A stretch of DNA of 64,000 nucleotides from the IMG/VR virus record IMGVR_UViG_3300045988_113168. One strand, given 5' to 3'. The notes under the pieces were generated by a model. The model searched no databases, had not been told where the DNA came from, and was given only the letters and a program-made list of their open reading frames with translations. Every line of letters begins with the position of its first letter. Positions within the stretch are counted from its first letter, which is position 1. Positions 56,032 through 63,589 of this stretch are shown one piece after another. The translations under genes were made by a program, and so were the position numbers. This DNA is from a virus.

Positions 56032-58242
56032 ATGAGAACTTTGCTTCTTTTCCGTGGAGCACCAGGATGCGGGAAGTCCACCTATATTAAAGAGCATGAT
56101 CTGGAAAAGTATACGCTTAGTGCCGATACGATTCGCCTTATGTGTCAGGGTGGTCAGGAAACCCCGGCTGGCACAATGGAAATCTCTCCCCAGAACGATG
56201 ATGTTGTCTGGGATATGCTCTTTAAACTGTTGGAGGTTCGGATGTCTCACGGTGAATTTACCGTGATTGATGCAACGAACTCTAAAACTGTCGAAATCAA
56301 TCGCTATAAGAATCTTGCCAAGCAGTACAGGTACAGAATGTACATCATCGACATGACTGATTTGCCCATTAGTGAGTGTAAACGGCGTAATTCGCTTCGC
56401 ACTCTTCTGAAGAGAGTCCCGGATGCTGCCATTGATAAGATGTATGCACGATTCGCAACGCAGAAGATTCCGTCTGGTGTGACTGTACTCTCGTCAGATG
56501 TAAATATCCTTGAGAAATTGAACTATGTTCCGCAGGACTTTAACAACTGGAGCAAAATTCATATCATCGGTGATGTGCATGGGTGTTACAGTTGCTTGAA
56601 AGAGTATCTTGGCGACCTGAAGGATGATGAACTGTACATTTTTGTTGGCGATTATCTGGATCGTGGAATTGAAAATGTAGAGATGTTCAAGTTCCTTTGT
56701 GATGTTGTAGACAATAATCGGAAGAATGTGATCCTTTTGGAAGGAAATCACGAGCGTTGGCTGAACAAGTGGGGGCATGATGAACCGGTTCAGAGTGAAG
56801 AATTTGCAAACTACACTCGTCCGCAGCTCTTTAAAGCCGGTATTGACAAGAACACTGCTCGTAAGATCTATTCCAGAGTCGGCCAATGTGCCTACTTTGA
56901 GTATGATGGGAAACGGTATTTTGTGAGCCACGGTGGTTTGAGTTATCTGCCTTATTTTCTTCCTTTTGTATCTGCTGATCAGATGATTAAAGGCGTAGGT
57001 CGCTATCCTGATATGCTAACCGTGGCTGAGTCTTGGGAAAAATCGATGCCGGATAGCTGCATTCAGATCTTCGGTCATCGAAATGTGCAGGATGTTCCCA
57101 TTGATATGGGGCATCGGTGCTACAACCTCGAAGGAAAAATCGAGTTTGGTGGATATCTCCGTTGCGTGGAACTTGAACACGGTCAGTCAATCAAATGTGT
57201 AGAAACCAAGAACGATGTGTTCCGAAAAGAGGAGCCAAAGACTGAAACTGCCGTTGAAATGAAAACTGAGTTCGATAACGCAGAACTTGTTAGTAAGATG
57301 CGCAAAAGCAAATATGTGTTTGAGAAGCGATTCGGAGATATTTCTTCTTTCAACTTCTCTCGTGAAGCATTTTACAAGAAGCACTGGGATGAGGTTTCTA
57401 CCAAAGCAAGGGGATTGTTCATTAACACAAAGACGAATAAGATTGTAGCTCGAAGCTATGATAAGTTCTTTGCGGTTGATGAGCGGAATGAAACGAGAAT
57501 TGGAAACCTACAGAACACTTTGAAGTTCCCGGTGACTGCATATCTAAAAGAGAATGGATTTCTCGGTATCATTTCGTATGATGCAGAACAGGATGGTCTG
57601 TTCATTGCAAGTAAATCTACTCCTGAAGGGCCTTTTGCAGATATGTTCCGAAAGATTTTCATGGATACGACTTCTGATGAAGACCGTAAGAATCTAAAGG
57701 AAGTTGCAAAAGAGAATGGTTCCATCATTTTTGAGGTAATTGATCCTGTAAATGATGCTCATATCATCGAATACAAGACACCACATATTGTTTTGCTGGA
57801 TATTATTGCGAATGATATGAACTTCAGTGTGATGGATTACGATGATCTGAAGCGTGTTGCTGAAAAGTGTCATTTGCAGATTAAGGAGAAGGTTAAGATC
57901 TTTGAGAGCTGGAGTGAATTCTATCCTTGGTATGAAGAAGTCATGAATGAGAATTATCTGTACCATGGCATCGAGCATATTGAAGGTTTTGTTTTGAGAG
58001 ATAACAACAATTTTATGTTTAAGCTGAAGCTTCCTTATTATAAGCACTGGAAGTTCTTGCGTGGTGTTATGCAGAGCGTACAGAAGCGTGGCTATTACGA
58101 AAACACTGCCAAGCTGTTTACTGCTGAAGATAATTTATTCTATGGTTGGATGCGTGAACAACGAGAGAAAGAAAAAGAGTCTTTCTGCAAGAAGGGTATT
58201 ATTCAGTTACGGAATGAATTCTATGAGAATCGGCACGAATAA
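56032..58242 (+). CDS. trifunctional RNA-repair enzyme: polynucleotide kinase + metallophosphatase + ligase-like adenylyltransferase (Pnkp-like)
   Basis: 736 aa; P-loop GAPGCGKST, phosphoesterase motifs GDVHGC / GDYLDRG / GNHE, and a C-terminal KENG (KxNG nucleotidyltransferase motif I). Same domain order as Clostridium thermocellum Pnkp. Confidence 0.7.
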   Translation: MRTLLLFRGAPGCGKSTYIKEHDLEKYTLSADTIRLMCQGGQETPAGTMEISPQNDDVVWDMLFKLLEVRMSHGEFTVIDATNSKTVEINRYKNLAKQYRYRMYIIDMTDLPISECKRRNSLRTLLKRVPDAAIDKMYARFATQKIPSGVTVLSSDVNILEKLNYVPQDFNNWSKIHIIGDVHGCYSCLKEYLGDLKDDELYIFVGDYLDRGIENVEMFKFLCDVVDNNRKNVILLEGNHERWLNKWGHDEPVQSEEFANYTRPQLFKAGIDKNTARKIYSRVGQCAYFEYDGKRYFVSHGGLSYLPYFLPFVSADQMIKGVGRYPDMLTVAESWEKSMPDSCIQIFGHRNVQDVPIDMGHRCYNLEGKIEFGGYLRCVELEHGQSIKCVETKNDVFRKEEPKTETAVEMKTEFDNAELVSKMRKSKYVFEKRFGDISSFNFSREAFYKKHWDEVSTKARGLFINTKTNKIVARSYDKFFAVDERNETRIGNLQNTLKFPVTAYLKENGFLGIISYDAEQDGLFIASKSTPEGPFADMFRKIFMDTTSDEDRKNLKEVAKENGSIIFEVIDPVNDAHIIEYKTPHIVLLDIIANDMNFSVMDYDDLKRVAEKCHLQIKEKVKIFESWSEFYPWYEEVMNENYLYHGIEHIEGFVLRDNNNFMFKLKLPYYKHWKFLRGVMQSVQKRGYYENTAKLFTAEDNLFYGWMREQREKEKESFCKKGIIQLRNEFYENRHE

Positions 58243-58308
58243 CTAAGATATTTTCTTCCTCCGAAAATGCCCTGCGCGGGGCTGACAGCCGGGAAAGACC
58301 GGCAATAT

Positions 58309-58387
58309 GGCCCTATGGCGGAACGAGGCATACGCAACAAGCTCAAACCTTGTAAAATTCTCAGTTCAAATCTGAGTAGGGCTACCA
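58309..58387 (+). tRNA. tRNA with anticodon CAA but class I (short variable arm) architecture, CCA encoded
   Basis: GGCCCUA acceptor, loop CUCAAAC, T-arm CUCAG-UUCAAAU-CUGAG, A73. Confidence 0.5.
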
Positions 58388-58466
58388 ACCCATTTGCAGA
58401 TGGGTAAGTGCTAGAATATTGGCAAATCGGAAAGACGGTTGACTGCTGGACAGACAGCTTTGATAT

Positions 58467-58551
58467 GTCACTATGGCGAAATTGGCGAGACGCATCGGAC
58501 TTAAGTTCCGACGGTAGCGATACCATCTGGGTTCGACTCCCAGTAGTGACA
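58467..58551 (+). tRNA. tRNA-Leu (UAA), class II
   Basis: GUCACUA/UAGUGAC acceptor, loop CUUAAGU, long variable arm, T-loop UUCGACU. Confidence 0.75.
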
Positions 58552-58558
58552 CTGATAT

Positions 58559-58634
58559 CCGGGTGTAGCTCAGTTGGAAGAGCGCGTGCTTTGGGAGCAT
58601 GAGGCCGCAGGATCGTGACCTGTCACTCGGACCA
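58559..58634 (+). tRNA. tRNA-Pro (UGG), CCA encoded
   Basis: loop UUUGGGA; T-loop AUCGUGA (A54/U58). Confidence 0.7.
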
Positions 58635-58666
58635 GCCCGAAAGGGCATGTAGAATTTTTCATTCAC

Positions 58667-58722
58667 ATTATTCCCAGCTCTCTGGAAACAGAGCAGTGTG
58701 GCGTAGCAAGCTGGGTAGATTA
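58667..58722 (+). repeat. 56-nt structured tRNA leader element, copy 1
   Basis: ATTATTCCCAGCTC..; 7-bp stem CCCAGCT/AGCTGGG enclosing CTCTG-GAAA-CAGAG; abuts tRNA-Gln. Confidence 0.7.
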
Positions 58723-58794
58723 CGAGGATTAGCCAAGCGGATAAGGCAGTGGAATTTGACTCCACGACCGCAGGTTCGATTCCTGTATCCTCGA
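58723..58794 (+). tRNA. tRNA-Gln (UUG)
   Basis: CGAGGAU/AUCCUCG acceptor, loop AUUUGAC, T-loop UUCGAUU. Confidence 0.7.
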
Positions 58795-58801
58795 TTTATA
58801 T

Positions 58802-58886
58802 GCGGGTATGGTGTAACTGGCAGCCACGCGGATTTTAGGTGTCCGTGCCGAAAGGCGTGAGGGATCGTGCCCCTCTACCCGTACCA
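58802..58886 (+). tRNA. tRNA-Leu (UAG), class II, CCA encoded
   Basis: loop UUUAGGU, variable arm UGCCGAAAGGCGU, T-loop AUCGUGC. Confidence 0.7.
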
Positions 58887-58933
58887 CGGTCATAGAATGG
58901 TTGCGTACCGTTTGTTGATCTCCTTTGACCACT

Positions 58934-58989
58934 ATTATTCCCAGCTCGCTCGTAAGAGTGCAGTAGTGCTTTGTAAGCTGAGTGATTGT
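58934..58989 (+). repeat. 56-nt structured tRNA leader element, copy 2
   Basis: ATTATTCCCAGCTCGCTCGTAAGAGTGCAGTAGTG..TAAGCTGAGTGATTGT; same architecture (GNRA hairpin CTC-GTAA-GAG). Confidence 0.7.
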
Positions 58990-59061
58990 GCAGTTATGGT
59001 GTAGTTGGTAAGCACGCTTGCTGATGAAGTAAGAGGATGAGTTCAAAACTCATTGACTGCA
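58990..59061 (+). ncRNA. tRNA-like gene with aberrant anticodon loop
   Basis: good acceptor, D and T arms (AUGAG-UUCAAAA-CUCAU), but the loop is UGAUGAA (G33) and the variable region is 3 nt; anticodon not assignable by eye. Confidence 0.4.
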
Positions 59062-59065
59062 AAAT

Positions 59066-59258
59066 ATGAAATCAGTTGTTCTAGCTCGTTCGTGGATTGG
59101 CCGTACATTGGCGACCGGAAAGACGTCATACCGGTAAAGGACGTCAAGCCAGACAAGAAGAGAAATAAGGTGTAAGCCGACTAGCTATCGGATAAATACT
59201 CTTCGGTTCGCCAGAAAACTAGAATGTAAAACGAATGGTTGGCTGTTTCTGATTTCAT
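59066..59258 (+). ncRNA. unclassified ~193-nt structured RNA inside the tRNA array
   Basis: closed by a 10-bp stem ATGAAATCAG/CTGATTTCAT, then TTCTAG/CTAGAA. Internal GGCGACCGGA/TCTTCGG(T)TCGCC, GACGTC/GACGTC and CCGA/TCGG helices. No ORF. Confidence 0.45.
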
Positions 59259-59264
59259 TTATAT

Positions 59265-59340
59265 GCGACTGTAGTTCAATTGGCAGAGCGTCAGATTTCC
59301 AATCTGAATGTTGCGGGATCGTGCCCCGTCAGTCGCTCCA
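59265..59340 (+). tRNA. tRNA-Gly (UCC), CCA encoded
   Basis: GCGACUG/CAGUCGC acceptor, loop UUUCCAA, T-loop AUCGUGC. Confidence 0.7.
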
Positions 59341-59471
59341 CACGCAGCCCCTTACGCTGCACCGGTTGCTCAGAGCCGAAAGAAACCTATATGTTACGAC
59401 ATGGTTGCCAAGAGTGATCATATTGGAACGCGACGTAGCTTGGATAGTGAGAATTAAATTCTGAGGTATAC

Positions 59472-59540
59472 TGCTGGATAGCTTAATGGTAAAAGCGCTC
59501 GGAAACGCCGAGAGATAAGGTTCGATTCCTTCACTGGCAT
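59472..59540 (+). ncRNA. 69-nt tRNA-like RNA with 5-nt anticodon-position loop
   Basis: D-arm GCUU-AAUGGUAA-AAGC and T-loop UUCGAUU are present, but the anticodon arm is CUCGG-AAACG-CCGAG. Confidence 0.35.
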
Positions 59541-59567
59541 CACGCCGATGAAAGTCGGCGTTTGCAT

Positions 59568-59644
59568 GGGATAGTAGCTCAGTTGGTCAGAGCTGGCGGC
59601 TCATAACCGCTTGGTCGCGAGTTCAAATCTTGCCTGTCCCACCA
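59568..59644 (+). tRNA. tRNA-Met (CAU) (elongator or Ile2-type), CCA encoded
   Basis: GGGAUAG acceptor, loop CUCAUAA, T-loop UUCAAAU. Confidence 0.7.
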
Positions 59645-59705
59645 GCCCGATAGGGCATACATAAAATCTGCTAGAACTTTTGTTTTATAAGCGAATGAAT
59701 AATAT

Positions 59706-59730
59706 GACGTTAATACGTCTATTATTTTTC
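59706..59730 (+). terminator. terminator after tRNA array
   Basis: GACGT-taat-ACGTC then TATTATTTTT. Confidence 0.55.
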
Positions 59731-59746
59731 GCTCATTTTTAAAGTT

Positions 59747-59768
59747 TTAGCTATATAATACAGGATAC
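59747..59768 (+). repeat. 22-nt motif copy G
   Basis: TTAGCTATATAATACAGGATAC, 17 nt before the methyltransferase-like gene. Confidence 0.8.
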
Positions 59769-59785
59769 AAAAAGGAGGAGTTGTA

Positions 59786-60478
59786 ATCTTACGAGTTCTA
59801 ATTGCCTGTGAAGAATCACAGGAAGTTTGTAAAGCATTTCGATTGCTTGGTCATGAAGCGTATTCTTGCGATATTCAACCTCCGTCCGGTGGTTGCCCAG
59901 AGTGGCATATTTTGGGTGACGCACTGGCAGCTCTACAGGGTGGGCAGATAGTCACAATGGATGGCACACAACACTATGTTGAGCAGTGGGATCTATTGAT
60001 TGCACATCCTCCGTGTACATATTTATCAAACGCTGGCGCACGATGGTTATGGGCTGGACACAAATTGAATCAAGAACGGTATCAACGAGGATTGGAAGCT
60101 AAGGAGTTTTTTATGGCGTTTTATAACGCACCGATCAAACACATTTGTGTTGAGAATCCAATTCCGAGTGCTGTTTATGAAATGCCAAAACCATCGCAGA
60201 TGATTCAGCCATATGAATTTTATGGTAAGGACCATCCATGGACAAAGAAGACCTGTTTATGGCTGAAAGGTCTTCCTAATCTGGCTCCGGTTGAAGCGGT
60301 TGAACCGAAGGGTCCGTATTGTCCGTGTGGAACTTCCGCTAATAAAGGTAATGTAAGAAATCGTGGCGCAGCTAAACGTGGTGAGGATGCAAAGAATAGG
60401 GCTAAGACCTTCCATGGGATTGCTCGTGCTTTTGCAGAACAGTTCTCAGAGTACATTGAAAATGAAGGAGATGAGTAA
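59786..60478 (+). CDS. C5-cytosine-methyltransferase-like protein (PPC / ENP motifs, atypical N-terminus)
   Basis: LLIAHPPCTYLS (motif IV-like) and ICVENPIPS (motif VI-like). The conserved-looking N-terminus LRVLIACEESQEVCKAF lies upstream of the first canonical start. AAAGGAGGAG is 7 nt before an in-frame ATC at 59786. Confidence 0.55.
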   Translation: MLRVLIACEESQEVCKAFRLLGHEAYSCDIQPPSGGCPEWHILGDALAALQGGQIVTMDGTQHYVEQWDLLIAHPPCTYLSNAGARWLWAGHKLNQERYQRGLEAKEFFMAFYNAPIKHICVENPIPSAVYEMPKPSQMIQPYEFYGKDHPWTKKTCLWLKGLPNLAPVEAVEPKGPYCPCGTSANKGNVRNRGAAKRGEDAKNRAKTFHGIARAFAEQFSEYIENEGDE

Positions 60479-61592
60479 AAATTTGGTCTCAAACATCAAG
60501 ACTTTTAATCCATTAAATGTGTCCAGTAAGTTCGCCATATGCGGACTTCCCATCAGAATAGACTCATACAAGACCTGCTCTTTTGGTTGTAAATACTGTT
60601 TTGCAGAAAACCGAAAGATAATGGAGTACGACAAACACATACAGATCGGAAACGTAAGACAAGTAAAACAAAAGTTACATAGGATTTTTGATGAACGAAC
60701 TGTTGATGCCACAAAACTTCTTGATGTTTTGATTGCAGATGGAATTACGTGGCATTGCGGAGGAATGAGTGACCCATTCCAGCCATGCGAGCAAAAGTAT
60801 CATATTACAAAGCAAATTGTCGATATAGCGAATGAATATAATGTGAGTATTTTATTCTCGACAAAAAGCAATTGTTTGTATGGTGCCGATGTTAAACCTG
60901 ACCTACATACATTTCAATTGAGCGTTAGCAATGTTGATGACAGGCGAGATATCGAGCCAAATGTACCAAGTATCGCTGAGAGATATAGATTCTTTTGTGA
61001 TTTAAAGAATGCTGGATTTAGAGTTGGTATCCGAATCCAACCTTTCATCCCTAATGTTTCTACATTAAAAATTGTAGAGATGTTCAAGGACGCAGACCAG
61101 TTTACAATCGAAGGCGTGAAAATCGTACCACAGAATAAAGAGTGTAAGGAATTTATTTTGGAGCACTTGGGCTTAAATCGATGCGATTTTACCCAAATGG
61201 GGTTACTGAATCTAAAACCAGAGGTTCGGCTGCAGCTCTATAAGCCGTTTATTGATTATTTCAAGCAGAATGATATTCCTTATTCGATTGCAGACAATGA
61301 CTTGCGCTGGATTGGAAATAACAAATGTTGCTGTGGAGATAGGCTAGTAAAGAAAAGCACGAATTTTAATACCACTCGTATGATTATGGATTATGGTATC
61401 GACTACAGCAAAGAACAGCTTGACGAAGAACTTGGATGTTCTGGGTGTGGAGATTGTAAATGCAATAATCTTTTTACGTCTAATAGACAAGAAGGCTGTA
61501 TTACCGTCAGTGACTTCTATGGTAAAAGGTTTGAGCGAAAGTCTAGTCCGTTCTCACCGAAGTTTCAGTACATTTCTGAAACAATCTCATAA
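60471..61592 (+). CDS. radical SAM enzyme (SplB / DNA-photolyase-like COG1533 type)
   Basis: 373 aa from MSKNLVS; CSFGCKYC = CxxxCxxC cluster near the N-terminus; overlaps the stop of the upstream gene. Confidence 0.65.
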   Translation: MSKNLVSNIKTFNPLNVSSKFAICGLPIRIDSYKTCSFGCKYCFAENRKIMEYDKHIQIGNVRQVKQKLHRIFDERTVDATKLLDVLIADGITWHCGGMSDPFQPCEQKYHITKQIVDIANEYNVSILFSTKSNCLYGADVKPDLHTFQLSVSNVDDRRDIEPNVPSIAERYRFFCDLKNAGFRVGIRIQPFIPNVSTLKIVEMFKDADQFTIEGVKIVPQNKECKEFILEHLGLNRCDFTQMGLLNLKPEVRLQLYKPFIDYFKQNDIPYSIADNDLRWIGNNKCCCGDRLVKKSTNFNTTRMIMDYGIDYSKEQLDEELGCSGCGDCKCNNLFTSNRQEGCITVSDFYGKRFERKSSPFSPKFQYISETIS

Positions 61593-61620
61593 AAGGCTAA
61601 TTCAAATAAGAGGTGACACG

Positions 61621-61827
61621 ATGAACAGCAAAATTTCTATCAATGCAACCATCGACCCCGGTTCTTTGAGTATTCCGGCAAGTCCTATCTTCCAACAGGA
61701 AAAGAATACATATTTTTGTCCGTTTTGTGTGACGAAGCTGTAGAAGTTCGAGCGTGAATGTTCTGATTGTCATCGCAAGATGGATTGGAGTAGGTTCACT
61801 GAAAAGAAGGAGGAGGTGTTCACTTGA
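61621..61827 (+). CDS. zinc-ribbon protein with in-frame TAG (codon 41, 61741-61743)
   Basis: reading through the TAG completes a CPFC-x10-CSDC zinc ribbon. The extended frame ends in a TGA that overlaps the TTG start of the next gene (TTGA) behind AAGGAGGAGG. Confidence 0.65.
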
Positions 61828-62102
61828 ATATAGATTTCTTCCGACGGCGCAAGACTCAGCTTGAAGATACGCTTCTTTTGAAAAATCAGGCCGTCGATAT
61901 GCTTGATTATCTAAAGACGCACTGCATCAACAATGACCAGTATTGTGTAATTCGGGATTATATTGAAGAAGCTGCGAAGATTCTGGAGAGCGATCTCGAA
62001 TATGCAAATAACAAACTGCAGTCTGCATTTAGACCTAAGCATGGTCGGAACAACAGATTGACTCGTGCTCAATCTAAGATGTTCCGTGATAGGGAATATT
62101 AA
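61824..62102 (+). CDS. hypothetical protein
   Basis: 92 aa, TTG start after GAAGGAGGAGG. Confidence 0.55.
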   Translation: MNIDFFRRRKTQLEDTLLLKNQAVDMLDYLKTHCINNDQYCVIRDYIEEAAKILESDLEYANNKLQSAFRPKHGRNNRLTRAQSKMFRDREY

Positions 62103-62118
62103 AATGGGGTGATGCCGT

Positions 62119-62331
62119 ATGAACACATGTAAGAAAATATGTAACTGGTGTGGTCGTGAAATCAAGCCGATAGGCAGCGAGCAGGGAATCAGTTTTGAAC
62201 ATCAATACTCTTACGGTAGCCAACTTGATGGTTCGCTTTTGAGTTTTGATCTGTGTCCTGAATGTTCAGAACGGCTCCCGGTAGTGCTCGGCGCGATGTT
62301 TTTACATAATCCCTTAAAGGACGATTTCTAA
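62119..62331 (+). CDS. hypothetical zinc-ribbon protein
   Basis: 70 aa; CNWCGRE ... CPEC. Confidence 0.55.
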   Translation: MNTCKKICNWCGREIKPIGSEQGISFEHQYSYGSQLDGSLLSFDLCPECSERLPVVLGAMFLHNPLKDDF

Positions 62332-62476
62332 CGGTAAAAGCCGTATGAAATATAAGCCATCAATAAGCCAGACGGAGGATAATACATAGAATGAATAGTG
62401 CATGAATTGATTTAAGACAGCATAAAGAAACATAAGTGATTGTTAATGAAACAAAATTACATAAAGGAGACTTGAT

Positions 62477-63580
62477 ATGGCAGATAGAATTTTTAATCTT
62501 CCTCAGACCCGTGGCTCTTTTGAGATGGCTGGTAAGGTCACCGGCACTCAGCGTAGCAACTTCTATAATGAGAAGGAGACAAAGAGTGGTGCTATGCGCC
62601 GTGTCTTGAGCTTTGGCGTTCAGACCTCTAACGAGAACACTTTCTATATTGATCTGGCTGGTATGCCTCGTGACAAGGTTTACTTCTTCCGACGTGCCGA
62701 TAAGGACAAGGGCATTGAGAAGGACAAGAAGGAAGTCGCTTGGAAGGATCGCATGACCTATGTTGCACCGGAAGGCTATGACATGATTGGCGTTAAGGTC
62801 GGTGTTACCAAGAAGACGAATGAGTCCGGCAAGGTTGTCAACGATAACAAGACTCTGACTGACTTCGATGCAGCTAAAGAGATTTCTGAGAACCTGCATG
62901 ACGGCGATAATGTGTATGTCCGTGGTAACATTGAGTACAGCACTTACAATGGTAAGCACCAGATTCGTTTTGTTCCTACTCAGGTGTCGCTGAGTTCTAA
63001 GGAAATCGACTTCGATGCAGAGGGTTTTGAGGAACTGGCTCTGTTCACTCAGACCATTGTGTACACTGGTTGCCGCAAGAGCGATGAGGGTGATGAAGTA
63101 GTTGTCGATGCGAAGATCGTAAACTATAACACCATCGAGGATGCAGAGTTCTTCATTGATTATAAGGCAAACGCTCAGAATAAGGTCCTGGCTGATTCTA
63201 TTCGTAAGCGTCTGAAGCCTTATACTAGCTTCGAGTGTTTTGGTCCCATCGTTAATCAGCAGAAGGTTGAGGAAGTTGAGACCGAGAATATCTGGGGTGG
63301 TCCCAACAAGATGAAGCGCCAGAGCACTCCGGCGGTTCGCAAGCTGTATATCGAGGGTGTTAATCCTGATTCCTTTGATCCGAATCCCGGCGAGAAGGAT
63401 GCAGAGCCTACTTACACCGAGGACAATATCTCTGAGGCACGTGCAAAGATTGCCGCTAATGCTCAGGCCAAGAAGGATTTTGACGGCAAGGCTGCTGAGA
63501 ACGACACTTCTTGGTGGGGTGGTTCTAACAAGTCTACTGTAACTCCTGTAGACGAGGAAGAGGATGACTGGGGAGTGTAA
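62477..63580 (+). CDS. putative ssDNA-binding protein
   Basis: 367 aa, SD AAAGGAGA; acidic C-terminal tip EEEDDWGV; next to a recombination ATPase. Confidence 0.45.
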   Translation: MADRIFNLPQTRGSFEMAGKVTGTQRSNFYNEKETKSGAMRRVLSFGVQTSNENTFYIDLAGMPRDKVYFFRRADKDKGIEKDKKEVAWKDRMTYVAPEGYDMIGVKVGVTKKTNESGKVVNDNKTLTDFDAAKEISENLHDGDNVYVRGNIEYSTYNGKHQIRFVPTQVSLSSKEIDFDAEGFEELALFTQTIVYTGCRKSDEGDEVVVDAKIVNYNTIEDAEFFIDYKANAQNKVLADSIRKRLKPYTSFECFGPIVNQQKVEEVETENIWGGPNKMKRQSTPAVRKLYIEGVNPDSFDPNPGEKDAEPTYTEDNISEARAKIAANAQAKKDFDGKAAENDTSWWGGSNKSTVTPVDEEEDDWGV

Positions 63581-63589
63581 TTTTTAGTC

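Noticed and set aside
59015-59021. CUGAUGA in the tRNA-like gene as a hammerhead ribozyme core
   Set aside because: No matching GAAA/stem II-III architecture could be built around it; most likely coincidence.
58221-59046. Track ORFs of 60-127 aa overlapping the tRNA array on both strands
   Set aside because: They coincide with tRNA and structured-RNA sequence and lack SDs, so I consider them spurious.
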